From NCBI GenBank assembly GCA_002104905.1, contig MCFE01000344.1:26565-90564 (forward strand): DNA of 64,000 nt. The letters run 5' to 3'. A program made the translations under genes and the position numbers. Each line of letters starts with the position of its first letter. Position 1 is the stretch's first letter. This DNA is from Basidiobolus meristosporus CBS 931.73 (lineage: Eukaryota > Fungi > Basidiobolomycota). The notes under the pieces were generated by a model. That model saw nothing but the letters and a program-made list of their open reading frames with translations. It was not told the DNA's origin and made no database searches. Of the stretch, positions 27,409 to 41,357 are shown in pieces.

Positions 27409-28758
27409 AATACTTCAAGAATCAGTAAGTTGAGTGTTACGCTTTCTGGTATGGGAGTTGCTCAGGCACAGTCCTCTCTAGGGCATATGTATACTTCTCC
27501 TCAAGAAGGCCAGAGCCTCTAATATTGAAAGCTGTTAGTTGAAGGAAACCTTGATATCAGCACAGATTTTGCTAGTCTATAGTGATATTTTTGGTTCAGA
27601 ATATGTAAGTATGAATGGCATCATCAAAGAAGCACCACAACTAACGTAGCAATATTAACTAGGTGCTAAGCTAAAGCCCACAAGTGTCAACATCAATGTA
27701 ATTTCCAAATCTTTGGTGGCTGTGATTTTGGAGAGAGTTGGATTTCATTGAGTCAGATACCAAGTACCTAGATTATGTAAGATAGGAGTTTGAGCTTAAC
27801 TGACATTAAAGAGAAATACACAATGGGTGTACATTTCTATGCAGCCATTGGTAAAGCAAACATATATCAAGTGTCAAAAACATCCATGTCCAGTAACATT
27901 AAAATGGCTGAAGAGATTCATTGGTCAAGGTGCTTGTTGTGTAAGTAATCACCAGGTACACATTCAATTTGCTTGGTTTTGGGGTAATATGTACAAGGTT
28001 GAGGCCAGTAAGTCACCAAAGAATTTGGTCATTTTAAGATTCCTACTACATTAACCCAAAGCATTTGACAGAATCATCAGAACACCAAAGTAAGATCAGG
28101 GCCAGGGGCTATACTGATGTGGTATGGAACATGCAAAACATGTGGGCCCTCTTATATCATACCCTGTGCAAATTATAAAGCCTAGCACCTGCTTTGTCAA
28201 AAACCATGAGCAGTACAAAATGTCTGGTAGTAAGCATTATGAGCCTTGAACAAACAAGTAGAAACACAAACAGAACCAAGATCGTTATCCTCCAGTAGTC
28301 TCTCCATTGACAGTCAGGGAACAATATCTTTTCAGTGCCTCCACCGGACTGGAGAGTGGGTTTCAAGGCTGACTGCACAACACGGGTGAACTTGATGCAA
28401 AAAAAGTCCACCCCATTCAATGGAACTCCCACCTCTGAGCCCATCAAGGCCCCCCCCCAAGTAAATCATATTCCGATTGATATCACAAAATTGGTAAGCA
28501 ACACTGCCATCGTAAGTAGGTCATTGAACATGAACAGAAACGCAAACAACTGAACACTTGGAGGTAAATGGTTATTTAACATCGATCGAAAACGGGCCAA
28601 CAAACGGTGTGGTGATACTCTATGTCCAATGGAGGCCTTTTCTCGGCTGGTTTGGGGTGGGTGAATATGGAGGGGTTCACGCGTAGTATACACCATGACA
28701 CCACACCAAGTGAAAGGTTGGTTAAAGATTGGATTAAGATTCGGATTACAAGGTGGGC

Positions 28759-31006
<2,248 letters not shown>

Positions 31007-31659
31007 TTTCAGTTAGATGAACAAGCAGATGGTATGATGGTAGGGTTGAGTTAAGCTCGCTTCAAGCCAAAGTGAGTAATAAACTCAGGGGAATGGTATT
31101 TACTCAAAGATACTGGCGTAGTACCCAGTGCACTACCTATAATCTACCACGTTATACGGTAGGTATCTCCGAGCCACTTTAGGAAATTTCATGATATCCA
31201 CCAACACAAATACTGATCAGTCACATATTGACCACATTTACGATGCAGAATGGCAACTAGGGTTTGTATTTGGCTGCCTGATGACTGCTGAAAGTTCTGG
31301 GGCCTAATGCATATTTATGCCAATATCTAGTTCTCAATGTCCTTTGTATGCGATTCCGGCTAATCTGGCCAATAGGTGCCATCTCTGATATAACTGTCGT
31401 CTCCTGATTGGCGGCTTGTTTTAGCACTAATGTGTAGCAATATGCCATGAAACTTCCCCACTTTCCAGCGTTTGTTCGTTCATTAACTAATCAACCTTTA
31501 AGCACCGATTTGGAATTGGGAATTTCTATTCTTAGCAGGCTGGTATTTTGTTTTCTTAAATCCGCATATAGCAATGGTGAACATATTACATTTAATGATT
31601 GTTTCTTTTCCTTGGTTGTGGTTTGCCCGTATCTGTAAAAGCCCCTACCTGACTTCTAG

Positions 31660-32349
31660 ATGAGCTTCTTGAAACGATGCAGTTGCTTTGGCAACAATGA
31701 CGACGTGCTCCTATCAGAATTACCAAACCGATATGGCCAAGCACACAAACCTAATAACAACAGGAATAAGCGCAAAATAGACAAGAGTGCGATAGGAAAG
31801 CCGTCGAATTTCCAAGTAATGTTGACTCATTCCCCAAGTGTTGCGTACTGATTTGACTGATTTTCCTTCTACTTTGCCCACATATAGCATACTGGGCATA
31901 TTGGTAATTATTGAGAAGACCTCGGTATATACTAGTCTTTTCCCTAACACATTCACTTTAAGGCATCTCCGAACTGCAAAGTGGAGTGGTTGACCGGGTC
32001 GACGTAAGTGCCTTAGCAACTCCACTTTATTTCTGCTATCTTACTTTGTAGACTTGTGTAGCCCGAGAAAATCAAGAAACAAATGGCTGAAATTGCTGCA
32101 GTCTTGAACTTTGATGATTTAATAACCCCAGAGCTTGAGTCTATCCAGCGAGACAATCCAACCAAGGAGGCACCTACTCACAAAGCTGAAGTGTCGAGAA
32201 AAGAAACCGATACCAACGCGGTAACACACTCCAGTTCAGTCCACCCTCCTACAAACCGACCACTAATTTCGTCTGTTTTAGACAGTAAATTAACAATACG
32301 TTGTTCCAGCCAGAGAAGAAGAAAAATATTCCTTCGATGCCATCACTAA
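31660..32349 (+). CDS. Small CRIB-motif protein, CDC42SE/SPEC-like (multi-exon; 3' end uncertain)
   Basis: MSFLKRCSCFG...KRKIDKSAIGKPSNFQ, then an intron, then HTGHIG completes a CRIB motif. A later exon reads PEKIKKQMAEIAAVL. Confidence 0.75.
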
Positions 32350-32830
32350 ATACTGATAATCGCTCCACGCTTGTCCTGACCCCTTCCAGCCATATCCCAC
32401 TATCTAGGTATAATTTCTTGAATGAGCAATCCACTGTATTCTCCCACCTTTTTATCCACAACCATGTATTCTCTTTATAACTCAAGTATTGTAATCCACT
32501 AAAACTGAAATTTTGCGAGATTCTCCCCTACGGACCACTGCTTGCGACGGCCCTTGTTTGCGTAGCGCATTCTTGGCAACATGTAATCTAGCCCTGTTCC
32601 CAGTAAAGCAAAGCTGAAATGCGCAATTGTGCCAAACCACGGATTGATTAGTAATTTATGGCCACCGCCCTTATAGGATGACGCAAACTAGGGAACTGGG
32701 TGATTTTGGTTTAACTGACAAATTTTCGGATGATACGAATGTTTACCATCTAGTACACTCCAGGTTATATCGTGACTTAGGCCGCCCTCGTAAACCTTTC
32801 CCTCAGCTGAAACCCCCCGATTCAACTTCA

Positions 32831-34224
32831 ATGAGCTTTGTTAAAGTCATCCATTCCCAGCCGGAGTACCAGACACTTCTCAACTCCGCACCCGCCACCA
32901 AACTGGTACCTTTCGCCGTTGACCGCGTTCTTATTGTAGCCTCGACTAAAACACTGCTTTCCCCCCTTTCTGAACCAGGTTGTGGTAGACTTCACCGCCA
33001 AATGTAAGCCCCCTTGAAGTCGTTGTGTTAGTTCGTCTAGATTAAACTCTGAACAATAGGGTGTCAGCCATGTCAGATCATCGGACCCATCTTCAACAAC
33101 CTTAGCTCGAAATATAGAAATGTCACTTTTGCCAAGGTCGACGTTGACGATGTGCAGGTATTTACGGACTTTTGGATTGAGGTGAACGGTTGATCAGAAG
33201 GCACTCAACCAGTCTTACTTAATAGGAGGTTGCCCAGGCCGCAGGTGTTAGCTCCATGTATGCATTCCATCCCTTTAAACCATACTGTACAGTCGTACTA
33301 AATCTCTGCATTCGGTTGTTGCTCCGCCGACTTCCAGGCCTACTTTCCAAGTAACCAGATTCTCCGCATTTGGACGTTGGATTTTCTCGTACTGATCATT
33401 CGCTCTTCACAGTTTTTCAAGAACAAGGCGAAGATTGCCGAGCTAAAGGGAGCCAACCCCCAGCAGCTCGAGGCCCTGATTGTTCAGCACCAGGGCGACG
33501 TTGAGGATGAATCTAGCAGCTTCAATATTCCCGGCCATGTATGTTCCACTGTCACCTATGCACAGACCAACCGACGCACCTCTTACGAAATGCACCTTTT
33601 CTAGTCCGACATCACGGAGTTCGTCACAGTCAACCAGCTGGAGTGCCTCAACCAAAAATCCAACCACACCATTCGCAACATCTTCAAAAAAGATGCCAGC
33701 TACTTAGAAAGTGATGTAGACGAGCAGCTGATCATTTCAGTTCCCTTCAACCAAGCGGTCAAGGTCCATTCCATCAAGCTAGTCGCATCCAAAGGTAAAT
33801 ACACCCTCGTACTCGATTAGGGGGACCGGCAGAGCGACAACTAAGGGCATCTTATCGATTTTAGTTCAATCCGCCCCCAAGACCATCAAGCTCTTCTGCA
33901 ACCGTTTAACCCTCGGCTTTGATGAGGTGGATGATATTCAGGAGACACAGACCTTGGAGCTGACCGAGGCGGATTACGAGGAGAATGCCGTGATCCCCTT
34001 GCGCTTCGTAAAATTCCAAAATGTGTCTAGCATCATTGTAAGTGCTTCACAGTCGGGAGTTTTGGGCGAATGCGAACTAACCTTGCCTCCTTCTCTCAAC
34101 GCAGCTCTTTGTGGAGGATAATCTTGGCGACGAGGAGACCACGCAGCTCCAGCAAGTGGTGTTCATCGGCTCACCCATTGAGACCACCAAGATGAGTGAT
34201 TTAAAGAGCCAGAGCGCTCACTAA
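32831..34224 (+). CDS. TXNL1: Thioredoxin-like protein 1 (Trx + PITH domains, multi-exon)
   Basis: VVDFTAKWCQPC, FAKVDVDD, then PITH-domain YLESDVDEQLIISVPFNQAVKVHSIKL and VIPLRFVKFQNV. Confidence 0.93.
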
Positions 34225-34458
34225 GTAATACTTAATCCTACTATTCACAATAAAAAGAATCGAACCATGATTGGGCCTGCATATATTATCAGAGAAGTCG
34301 AAAACCATCCCTTTTTTTCTCGAAATGGTCGATCCGCTCACCAGATAGGGAATTCCCACAGAGGCAACCAATCTGCCAGCGTGCTAGATACCAGGAAACT
34401 TTGTGTCCCTTGCCAGCTATTTTCCCACTTTAGTTTCTTTCCAACCCAAACCACGAAG

Positions 34459-36472
34459 ATGAGACACCGATCGAACCTGTTGGAGAATTTAAGAGCTCGC
34501 GAGAACGGCGAGTATTTTGGGCGAGAGAGCCCACTTCTGGCTGGTATGACCCCGTTGTTTCCTTCTCTCCCACGATCACCTCAAGGAGCTTTCTAATTCA
34601 CTCCCACTTTGTTCTTTACAGAGCGGCGGCTATACTCCAATCCGACATACCTGACCGAGAGGCTCACATTGACGAACATCCTTTCGGAGCACACCGGCTG
34701 CGTAAACACCGTCAACTGGAATGAGACGGGGGAATTGCTGGTCTCCGGTTCGGACGATACTAAGCTTTGCATTTGGAAGTATCCGGAAGGTAGTTTACTT
34801 AGTAGCATCGAGACCGATCACGAAGCAAACATATTCTGCACGAAATTCATGCCTTCTACCAATAGCCAAGTGGTGATTTCGTGTGCTGGCGACAATGTGG
34901 TGAAGGTGTGGGATGTGTGGAAAGACGAAGGTGCGTGTCGACACACATACAAATGCAACTTGGCCAGCACCAAACGCATCGTCACCGAGCCAGGAAATCC
35001 CTACGTATTTCTTACGTGCAGCGAAGACGGTAAGTGCATGGCTTCTACCAGTCGTCCGAGCCCCCAACTAACCCAGCCTCCGATGATGCCTTAGGCACCG
35101 TCCGGAACTTCGATCTCAGGGAGTCCCACCAGTGCCAGAGCGTATGTCGCACAAATCTGGTGGTCAACTTCCGACCCTACTTGATCGAGCTGAACTCAAT
35201 CACCTTGAACCCCATTCACCCCCAATACATCGCCATCGGCGGAGGGGATCCATATGTGTATCTATGGGACAGGAGAATGGTCAGTGCGAAAACTGCCCTG
35301 GATCCTCGGCACCAGATGGAGTACTGTGTCAAGAAGTTCAAGCCGAACAAAAGCAAATCCGACCACGTCACGGCGGTGAAGTTCAGCGAAAGCAACGGCC
35401 GGGAGTTGCTCGGCAGCTGGTCCAATGACTTTGTGCATCTTTTCGACATCCACGAAAGCAAGGAGAAGGTGGGCACTGAGAAGCCCCCCACCAAGGTCAG
35501 GAGAAACTCGTGCACGTACCTTGATAGCAAACGAAAGAAATCAAGGTATGCCGAGGACTCCGAGAGCGACGACTGCGAGTTGCACACTTCCGAGCCCAGC
35601 CTGGACCAGACGGAGGACCCAAGCTCGGAGGAAGACATCGATTTCAACCAACTCACTGAGCTGATTCAGAATGACTGGGAGGATCAAGAGTTGCTTTCCG
35701 AGTCGGAGGGTGCCCAGAGCGAGGTCGGTTCTGAGGTAGAGCAGGGGCTGGATCTTATCACAAGCCGGATAATGGAGGCGAACAGCGACATCGATAGCTC
35801 CGATGTCATGGAGGCCATCGAGAGCTTTTTAGACGGGGATTCTGGAGACGAGTCCAGCGACGAGGACTTCACCTCGGAATACAAGAACATACAGACGATC
35901 TTCAACTCGGTGATCGAGGAAGTGAGGGAATCGACCACGTACAAGGGACACTGCAACGTCCAAACGATCAAGGATGTGAACTTCTATGGACCGAACGACG
36001 AATACGTCATATCGGGCAGCGACGACGGGAACTTCTTTATCTGGGACAAGAAGTCGCGGAGGATTGTTCAAATCCTGAAAGGCGATGAGGATGTAGTCAA
36101 CTGTATTCAGGTAAGTTCTGCAACTTCAATATCAACAGCCGATCCTAACGACAGCCCCATCAGGGACATCCATTCGAACCGGCCATTGCCGTCTCCGGCA
36201 TCGATTCCACAATCAAGATCTTCACACCACAAGTACAGGGGCCACATGAGGAATTTGAGCCCACGGTCAACGGCGCCCCAGCCACCAGTCCGAATCACGT
36301 ATGGAGCAGCAAGTCCTTGTTGGCCAGGGAAGAGGAAATCGTCATGTCCAACGAGAACAGACGACAAGAAGGAATCTGGGGTGCCCCCATCACCGGATCC
36401 TTTTTAAGATTCCTCCTTACCAGAGCAGGAGCTATTGATTCTAGTTCCGATGACATGGACCAGAATAGCTAG
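34459..36472 (+). CDS. WD40 DDB1-CUL4-associated factor, DCAF6/DCAF8-like
   Basis: HTGCVNTVNWNETGELLVSGSDD, HEANIFCTKFMP, an acidic insert, YKGHCNVQTIKDVNFYGPNDEYVISGSDDGNFFIWDK, VSGIDSTIKIF. Confidence 0.9.
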
Positions 36473-36649
36473 AGAGTTTGTGAATATTTGATGTTGTAAA
36501 TTTGCTCCTGTTTCCTGTTTTATTACCAAGCAAAATTAAACCCGATGTGACTGATCAATCGTCCCGGGAAAAATGGTCCTAATTTCATGACCCTATCCTG
36601 CACGTATACTTGGACTGATACGGGCTTGTATTTCTTTACTATCACGAAT

Positions 36650-36999
36650 ATGGAACCATCTCACGAAAAATCCCCCTCTGACTTTCTCAAGCACATCATC
36701 GGACATCCAGTCCAAGTAAAGCTGAACTCCGGCGTTGACTACAGAGGTAAGGGCATCCTTTGGCTGCTGTGATCTATCAGCCTAACTCAACAAACCTAGG
36801 GATTCTCGCGTGCCTGGACGGTTACATGAACATTGCCCTCGAACAGACCGAAGAATATGTCAACGGGCAGCTGAAGAATAAATACGGAGATGCTTTCATC
36901 AGAGGGAATAACGGTATGTCTCCTTCGATTTTGCTCCCACTCTCGGTAGAGATGCTGACTTCCCCTCTAGTACTTTACATCAGCTCCTTGAAACAGTAG
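36650..36999 (+). CDS. LSM6: U6 snRNA-associated Sm-like protein Lsm6
   Basis: SPSDFLKHIIGHPVQVKLNSGVDYRG/ILACLDGYMNIALEQTEEYVNGQLKNKYGDAFIRGNN/VLYIS. Confidence 0.96.
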
Positions 37000-37071
37000 C
37001 AGATATATGAATCTCCATGTTGGTGGCAAATGTAATAGATAAAATCTTCCTCGTCTTCCCCATTTAACAGC

Positions 37072-37074
<3 letters not shown>

Positions 37075-37120
<46 letters not shown>
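37075..37120. repeat. (GT)23 microsatellite
   Basis: Perfect dinucleotide run. Confidence 0.97.
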
Positions 37121-37122
<2 letters not shown>

Positions 37123-37316
37123 ATAAATCTACATATAAAGGTCGAATGGATTTTCTTAACGTAAAGATACACGCTTCCAAACGAATTGCAAAGATCCATC
37201 TAAATGAAACATGATGGACATTGGATAAATCTATGACTAATTGATGGTGAAAATTTTCTCATGATATCTGGTGCATGGACGTTGCCACCGTATCTCACAC
37301 CCTCCCTCAGTTTACC

Positions 37317-37695
37317 ATGTTTGCTCAGCTACGACAGATCGCCAGAACTTCCGTGCCACGCGCCTCAGCCCAGAAGCTCTTCTACTCCACCGAGTCCATG
37401 AACGCTGGGGAGAAGTTGCTTTTCAACAAACTCAAAGAACAATTCACCCCCTCGAGCCTCCATGTTCACGACATCTCCGGTATGTAAAGCACTGTGGTAA
37501 ACTGGCCCTCCTTCAACAACACACCTAATAACCTTGTCCTTCTAAGGTGGTTGCGGCTCCATGTATGCTATCGAGATAGTGTCCAAGAACTTTGAGGGAC
37601 TCTCGCTGGTCAAGCAACATCGCTTGGTTACCGAGTTCCTTGCCGAAGACATCAAGCAGATGCATGGTATCCAATTGAAGACCTCTGCCAAATGA
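37317..37695 (+). CDS. BOLA3: Mitochondrial BolA-like protein (BolA3 type)
   Basis: Presequence-like N-terminus; LHVHDISG/GCGSMYAIEIVS..F.GLSLVKQHRLV...IKQMHGIQLKT. Confidence 0.9.
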
Positions 37696-37954
37696 GCCAA
37701 GCCTCTGGGGTAGCATGTATCTCCCATCCCCACATAAATATTGCATAAATTAATTTCAACCATTTTACTTTGAAATACATCTACGTATTAAGAGGCGGGG
37801 GAGTTGAAAAGTATAAAATGCTAAGTTGAAAGTGGCTTCAATGTACAGAAGAAAACAAACCAATAATGAAGAATATCTACGACATTAGAATAGAAGATCA
37901 TGTAGCGTATGTATATGTATGTGTATCGTCAAGCAAAAATTAACCACATCATCC

Positions 37955-40119
37955 TCACTCGATTACCTCGAGCTTGGGTCGCTTTCGACGATCATCCTCG
38001 TCGTATGAATAATCTGCAGGCCGCGTGTTGGAATTCGTGGCAAACATGATTGAGGGAATAATGGTGGCTCCGTGTTGCCCTGATCCGTCATTGGGGATGG
38101 CAATCCCCGCCATCATCGAGAGATTGTATCCATTGTTCTGCGCCATGTTCATCACTGGAATGCTAGAAAATGTAGATCCCATCGACATGGCAGTTGAGGT
38201 GGAAGGGTTGGACGAGCTACCCTCCTCGTTATTTCCGTTCAGGAAATTTCCTGACATCAGCGTGCTTGCAAGAGCAGGGAAGGGGTTGGGATTACGTCCA
38301 ATGTGATTCATGTCTCGCATAGAATGAAGGTGCATGCAATACTTCTCTAGCATACCGTAGAGGCCAGCTTTGGAAAAGGGTTTGGCAAGGATATCGTTCA
38401 TACCGTTTGCAAGATAGGTCATACAGTCGTTTTCGGTTGTATTCGAGGTCATCGAGATGATGGGTGTGATTGCATCAAATTGTCGAATCCTTGTCGTAGC
38501 CGATACTCCATCCAAGTTGGGCATTACAATATCCTGTGGAGTAATTATTTGTTAGTAAAAATACGGATTGAGCAACACCATGGGTAGGGCTTACCATAAG
38601 AACTATGTCGTATTTTTCTAGATTCATCCTGTTGACTGCCGCTACTCCATCTGTAGCAACATCAAACGAGCAGCCAAATATTTCCAGAAGTTTGGTACTA
38701 AGTCTTCTGCAAACTGCATCATCTTCCACCAATAGAACTTTTGGAGGAGTTGCCCAGTTGGTAATGAATGATCCTTTGCGAAGCTGTCTGTTCTCTGTGT
38801 TGGCTTTGCTTTCATTATTGCTATCGCCTAATGTGCTTCCCATACCTCCGGTATGTATATCTCCGTTGTTCATCGAGGGAACAGAAAAGTTGAATGGCTT
38901 TTCATTTATGTTTTCACGACTCTCGAGCTGGTTTAAGGAGATCTCCAGGTTTTCTATGTTGTGTTGATTAAACGTACCGTCGGTATTTCCGTACCCACCC
39001 ATAGGAACACCAGTATTGCTCATGCCATTTGAATTGCTGTTGTACATCCCTCCCGGCATTGGAACGGTGAACTGGGATAGGGTGGTATTGGCAAACTCCT
39101 GCAGGGACTGTGCCCTCTTGGAGAAGTCATCAACCTGGTTGAGTGACACCTTGGATAGCTCGTTGTAAGAGTTGAGCAGCTTCATCGTGTCAGCAGAAGT
39201 GTTTGTGCTCGAGAACGATGGCACGTAGCCAGAGTTCTCGGCCGAGCTCTTTTGCTCTCGGTTGCGATCTAGAAATAAAGCCGGTAAATTATATGGCTCT
39301 AGAGAAAGGCTGCTCTAGAATACCTACTGGAATCTTGATTCAGAATATACTGAACTATGTTCTGAAGCATTTGATCCTGGGCGACCATGTTTTTTCGGAA
39401 GCTAATGATCTCGTCTACCATCACTTGGTAATTTTTACTCAGCATTTGTAGATAGTTTCCCATATCGCTCTGCATCTTTGAGACGGAGTAAACCTGCCCT
39501 TGAAGATCGTCAGCAACTACCCGGACCTCTTCGGGTAACAAACTGGTTCCAATGCCACCCATGCCGGGCTTATTCTTATTCGGAATTTTTCTCTGGATTC
39601 GTGGTGCGCGGTTAGAGACGCGTACATACAAGACACGCTTTAGAGAAATATATGGTACCTTGATAGATTCTAGCAAATCACATTTGTTGTACTGGAAACT
39701 TGGATGTTGGAATTCCCAAGCCTGGAAATAAGGAATAGGTTAGATCAACACCAGCTCAGCCTGCTAAGAGGAAAACAAGCAAAAAACGCGTACGTTTTCG
39801 CCGTAGGGCTTGTTGGAATCGTCGGTATTCTTGACCTTGTGGAAATCGTACTTATTCAGCTGACGAACAAAACTGGCGAAATTACTATGTTTGAAGTGTT
39901 TGGGGAGGATAGATTTGGCGAATTCGTTTTGTTCCTTCACTACAAAGGTATCTCCGTTCATCCCCCACGATACGATGTGGCCGTATGTGGTATCTTCGAG
40001 CATTCTAGGAGAGGGATACAGGACCCATGAATACAAGGAAACAAGACTTGGAAAAGAAAATGAGGGGGGTACCTATACAACTTCTTCACGAAGTCGGGAA
40101 CGCCTGGAGCGGTGGACAT
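37955..40119 (-). CDS. SKN7: HSF-DBD + receiver-domain response regulator Skn7/Prr1
   Basis: VPDFVKKLYRMLED, HFKHSNFASFVRQLNKYDFHKV, a coiled coil, then receiver domain KVLLVEDDAVCRRL...LMDIVMPNLDG...DILAKPF. Confidence 0.95.
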
Positions 40120-41357
40120 AATGAATTCAAAAGAGCTTTTCTAAGCTAACTTAAACTTTAAAAGACCCAGCGAAAACAGGGTTGATAAACTCGAAACTGG
40201 CGGTCGAACTAGTGACAGGGAGAAAAGAAGAAAGCACCCAACGTGGGGAACAGATGGATTTTAGGAATTTATGACAGTTTGAAGTGCGATTGAATCATGA
40301 TTGGTGAGTAGGGCTCCACATAAAGGAATCAAATCATCTCATGCAAATCATGGGTTGGGATTGGAAAAATCTTTCGAATCGAAATGATAGCACCTCTTCT
40401 CGGTACAAATCAAGTCGGCTCTTTCCGGACTGGATATTTTCCATAGGCTTCCTTTGACTAATCAAGAATTGTCATACGATGGTGCCCTTCAGGTAGGCGA
40501 AGTTGACAGGGTCATTGCAACGGCAGTCACTCTCCGCAATCCAGACTCGCCCATGGCACCACAAACCTGAATTCATGGTTGAAACGTAGGACAATCTTGA
40601 GGACATCTGGTGTGAGGAGATAGCAACTCGCAAAGTACAGTAGTAATTTCATGCATACTGCTCTCTCCACTTCATGCATATTCAGAGAACCGCTCTCTCC
40701 GCTTCATGCGGGGAAATCGCGTACGCCATTGGGTATATATGTAGATACTGACCATATATATATGTATATATATATGTTGCCTATAAATCATTTGGAGCCT
40801 TCCTGAATAGAGATTCCCTTAATCTGATGAGAGTGGTGTAGTGAAATGAGAGTGGGGCAGTGAGATGAGATTCCCTAAAACCGATGAAAATGATGCTCTC
40901 TTGGTGGCTAAAAGCTTATCATCAGCAAGATTATTGCTGTAATGTGAGACGAGGAAATGAGTAACGCAGCCCACGTTCATTTGCATCAATGCTCGCCTCC
41001 AAAACATCGCCGTATCAAGCCTATCGTGGGCCTAGAGCCGGCCTATCTCCCCCAAATTGAAGTAGCGTTGTTATTAGTTCAACAGCCATGCATCTCTCCT
41101 TCATTACTCCTTCTATATTATTATACTATCATCCTTCTATACTAATCGTTTAACCATATGCGACAGTTCCCTACGATCTGAGCCGATACACGTTACACGA
41201 CACACGTTGCTTTCCCTACACTAGCAATCTTCAAGTCGCCACTCCCTTTTCACGGTATCCAGCAGTCGTTAGGCCGGATGATGTCATTCATATTCGTTTA
41301 TTGCTTGTTCGAATATCAAGACACTGCAAGTCACGAAGGATCTTCATAGTTGGATGG

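Noticed and set aside
40480-40562. TGGTGCC...GGCACCA inverted repeat about 80 nt apart, suggesting a tRNA
   Set aside because: No TTCRA T-loop and no pairing anticodon or D stems on either strand.
40655-40712. Duplicated motif c(t/c)gctctctcc(a/g)cttcatgc upstream of SKN7
   Set aside because: Only two copies; no known binding site can be assigned from sequence alone.
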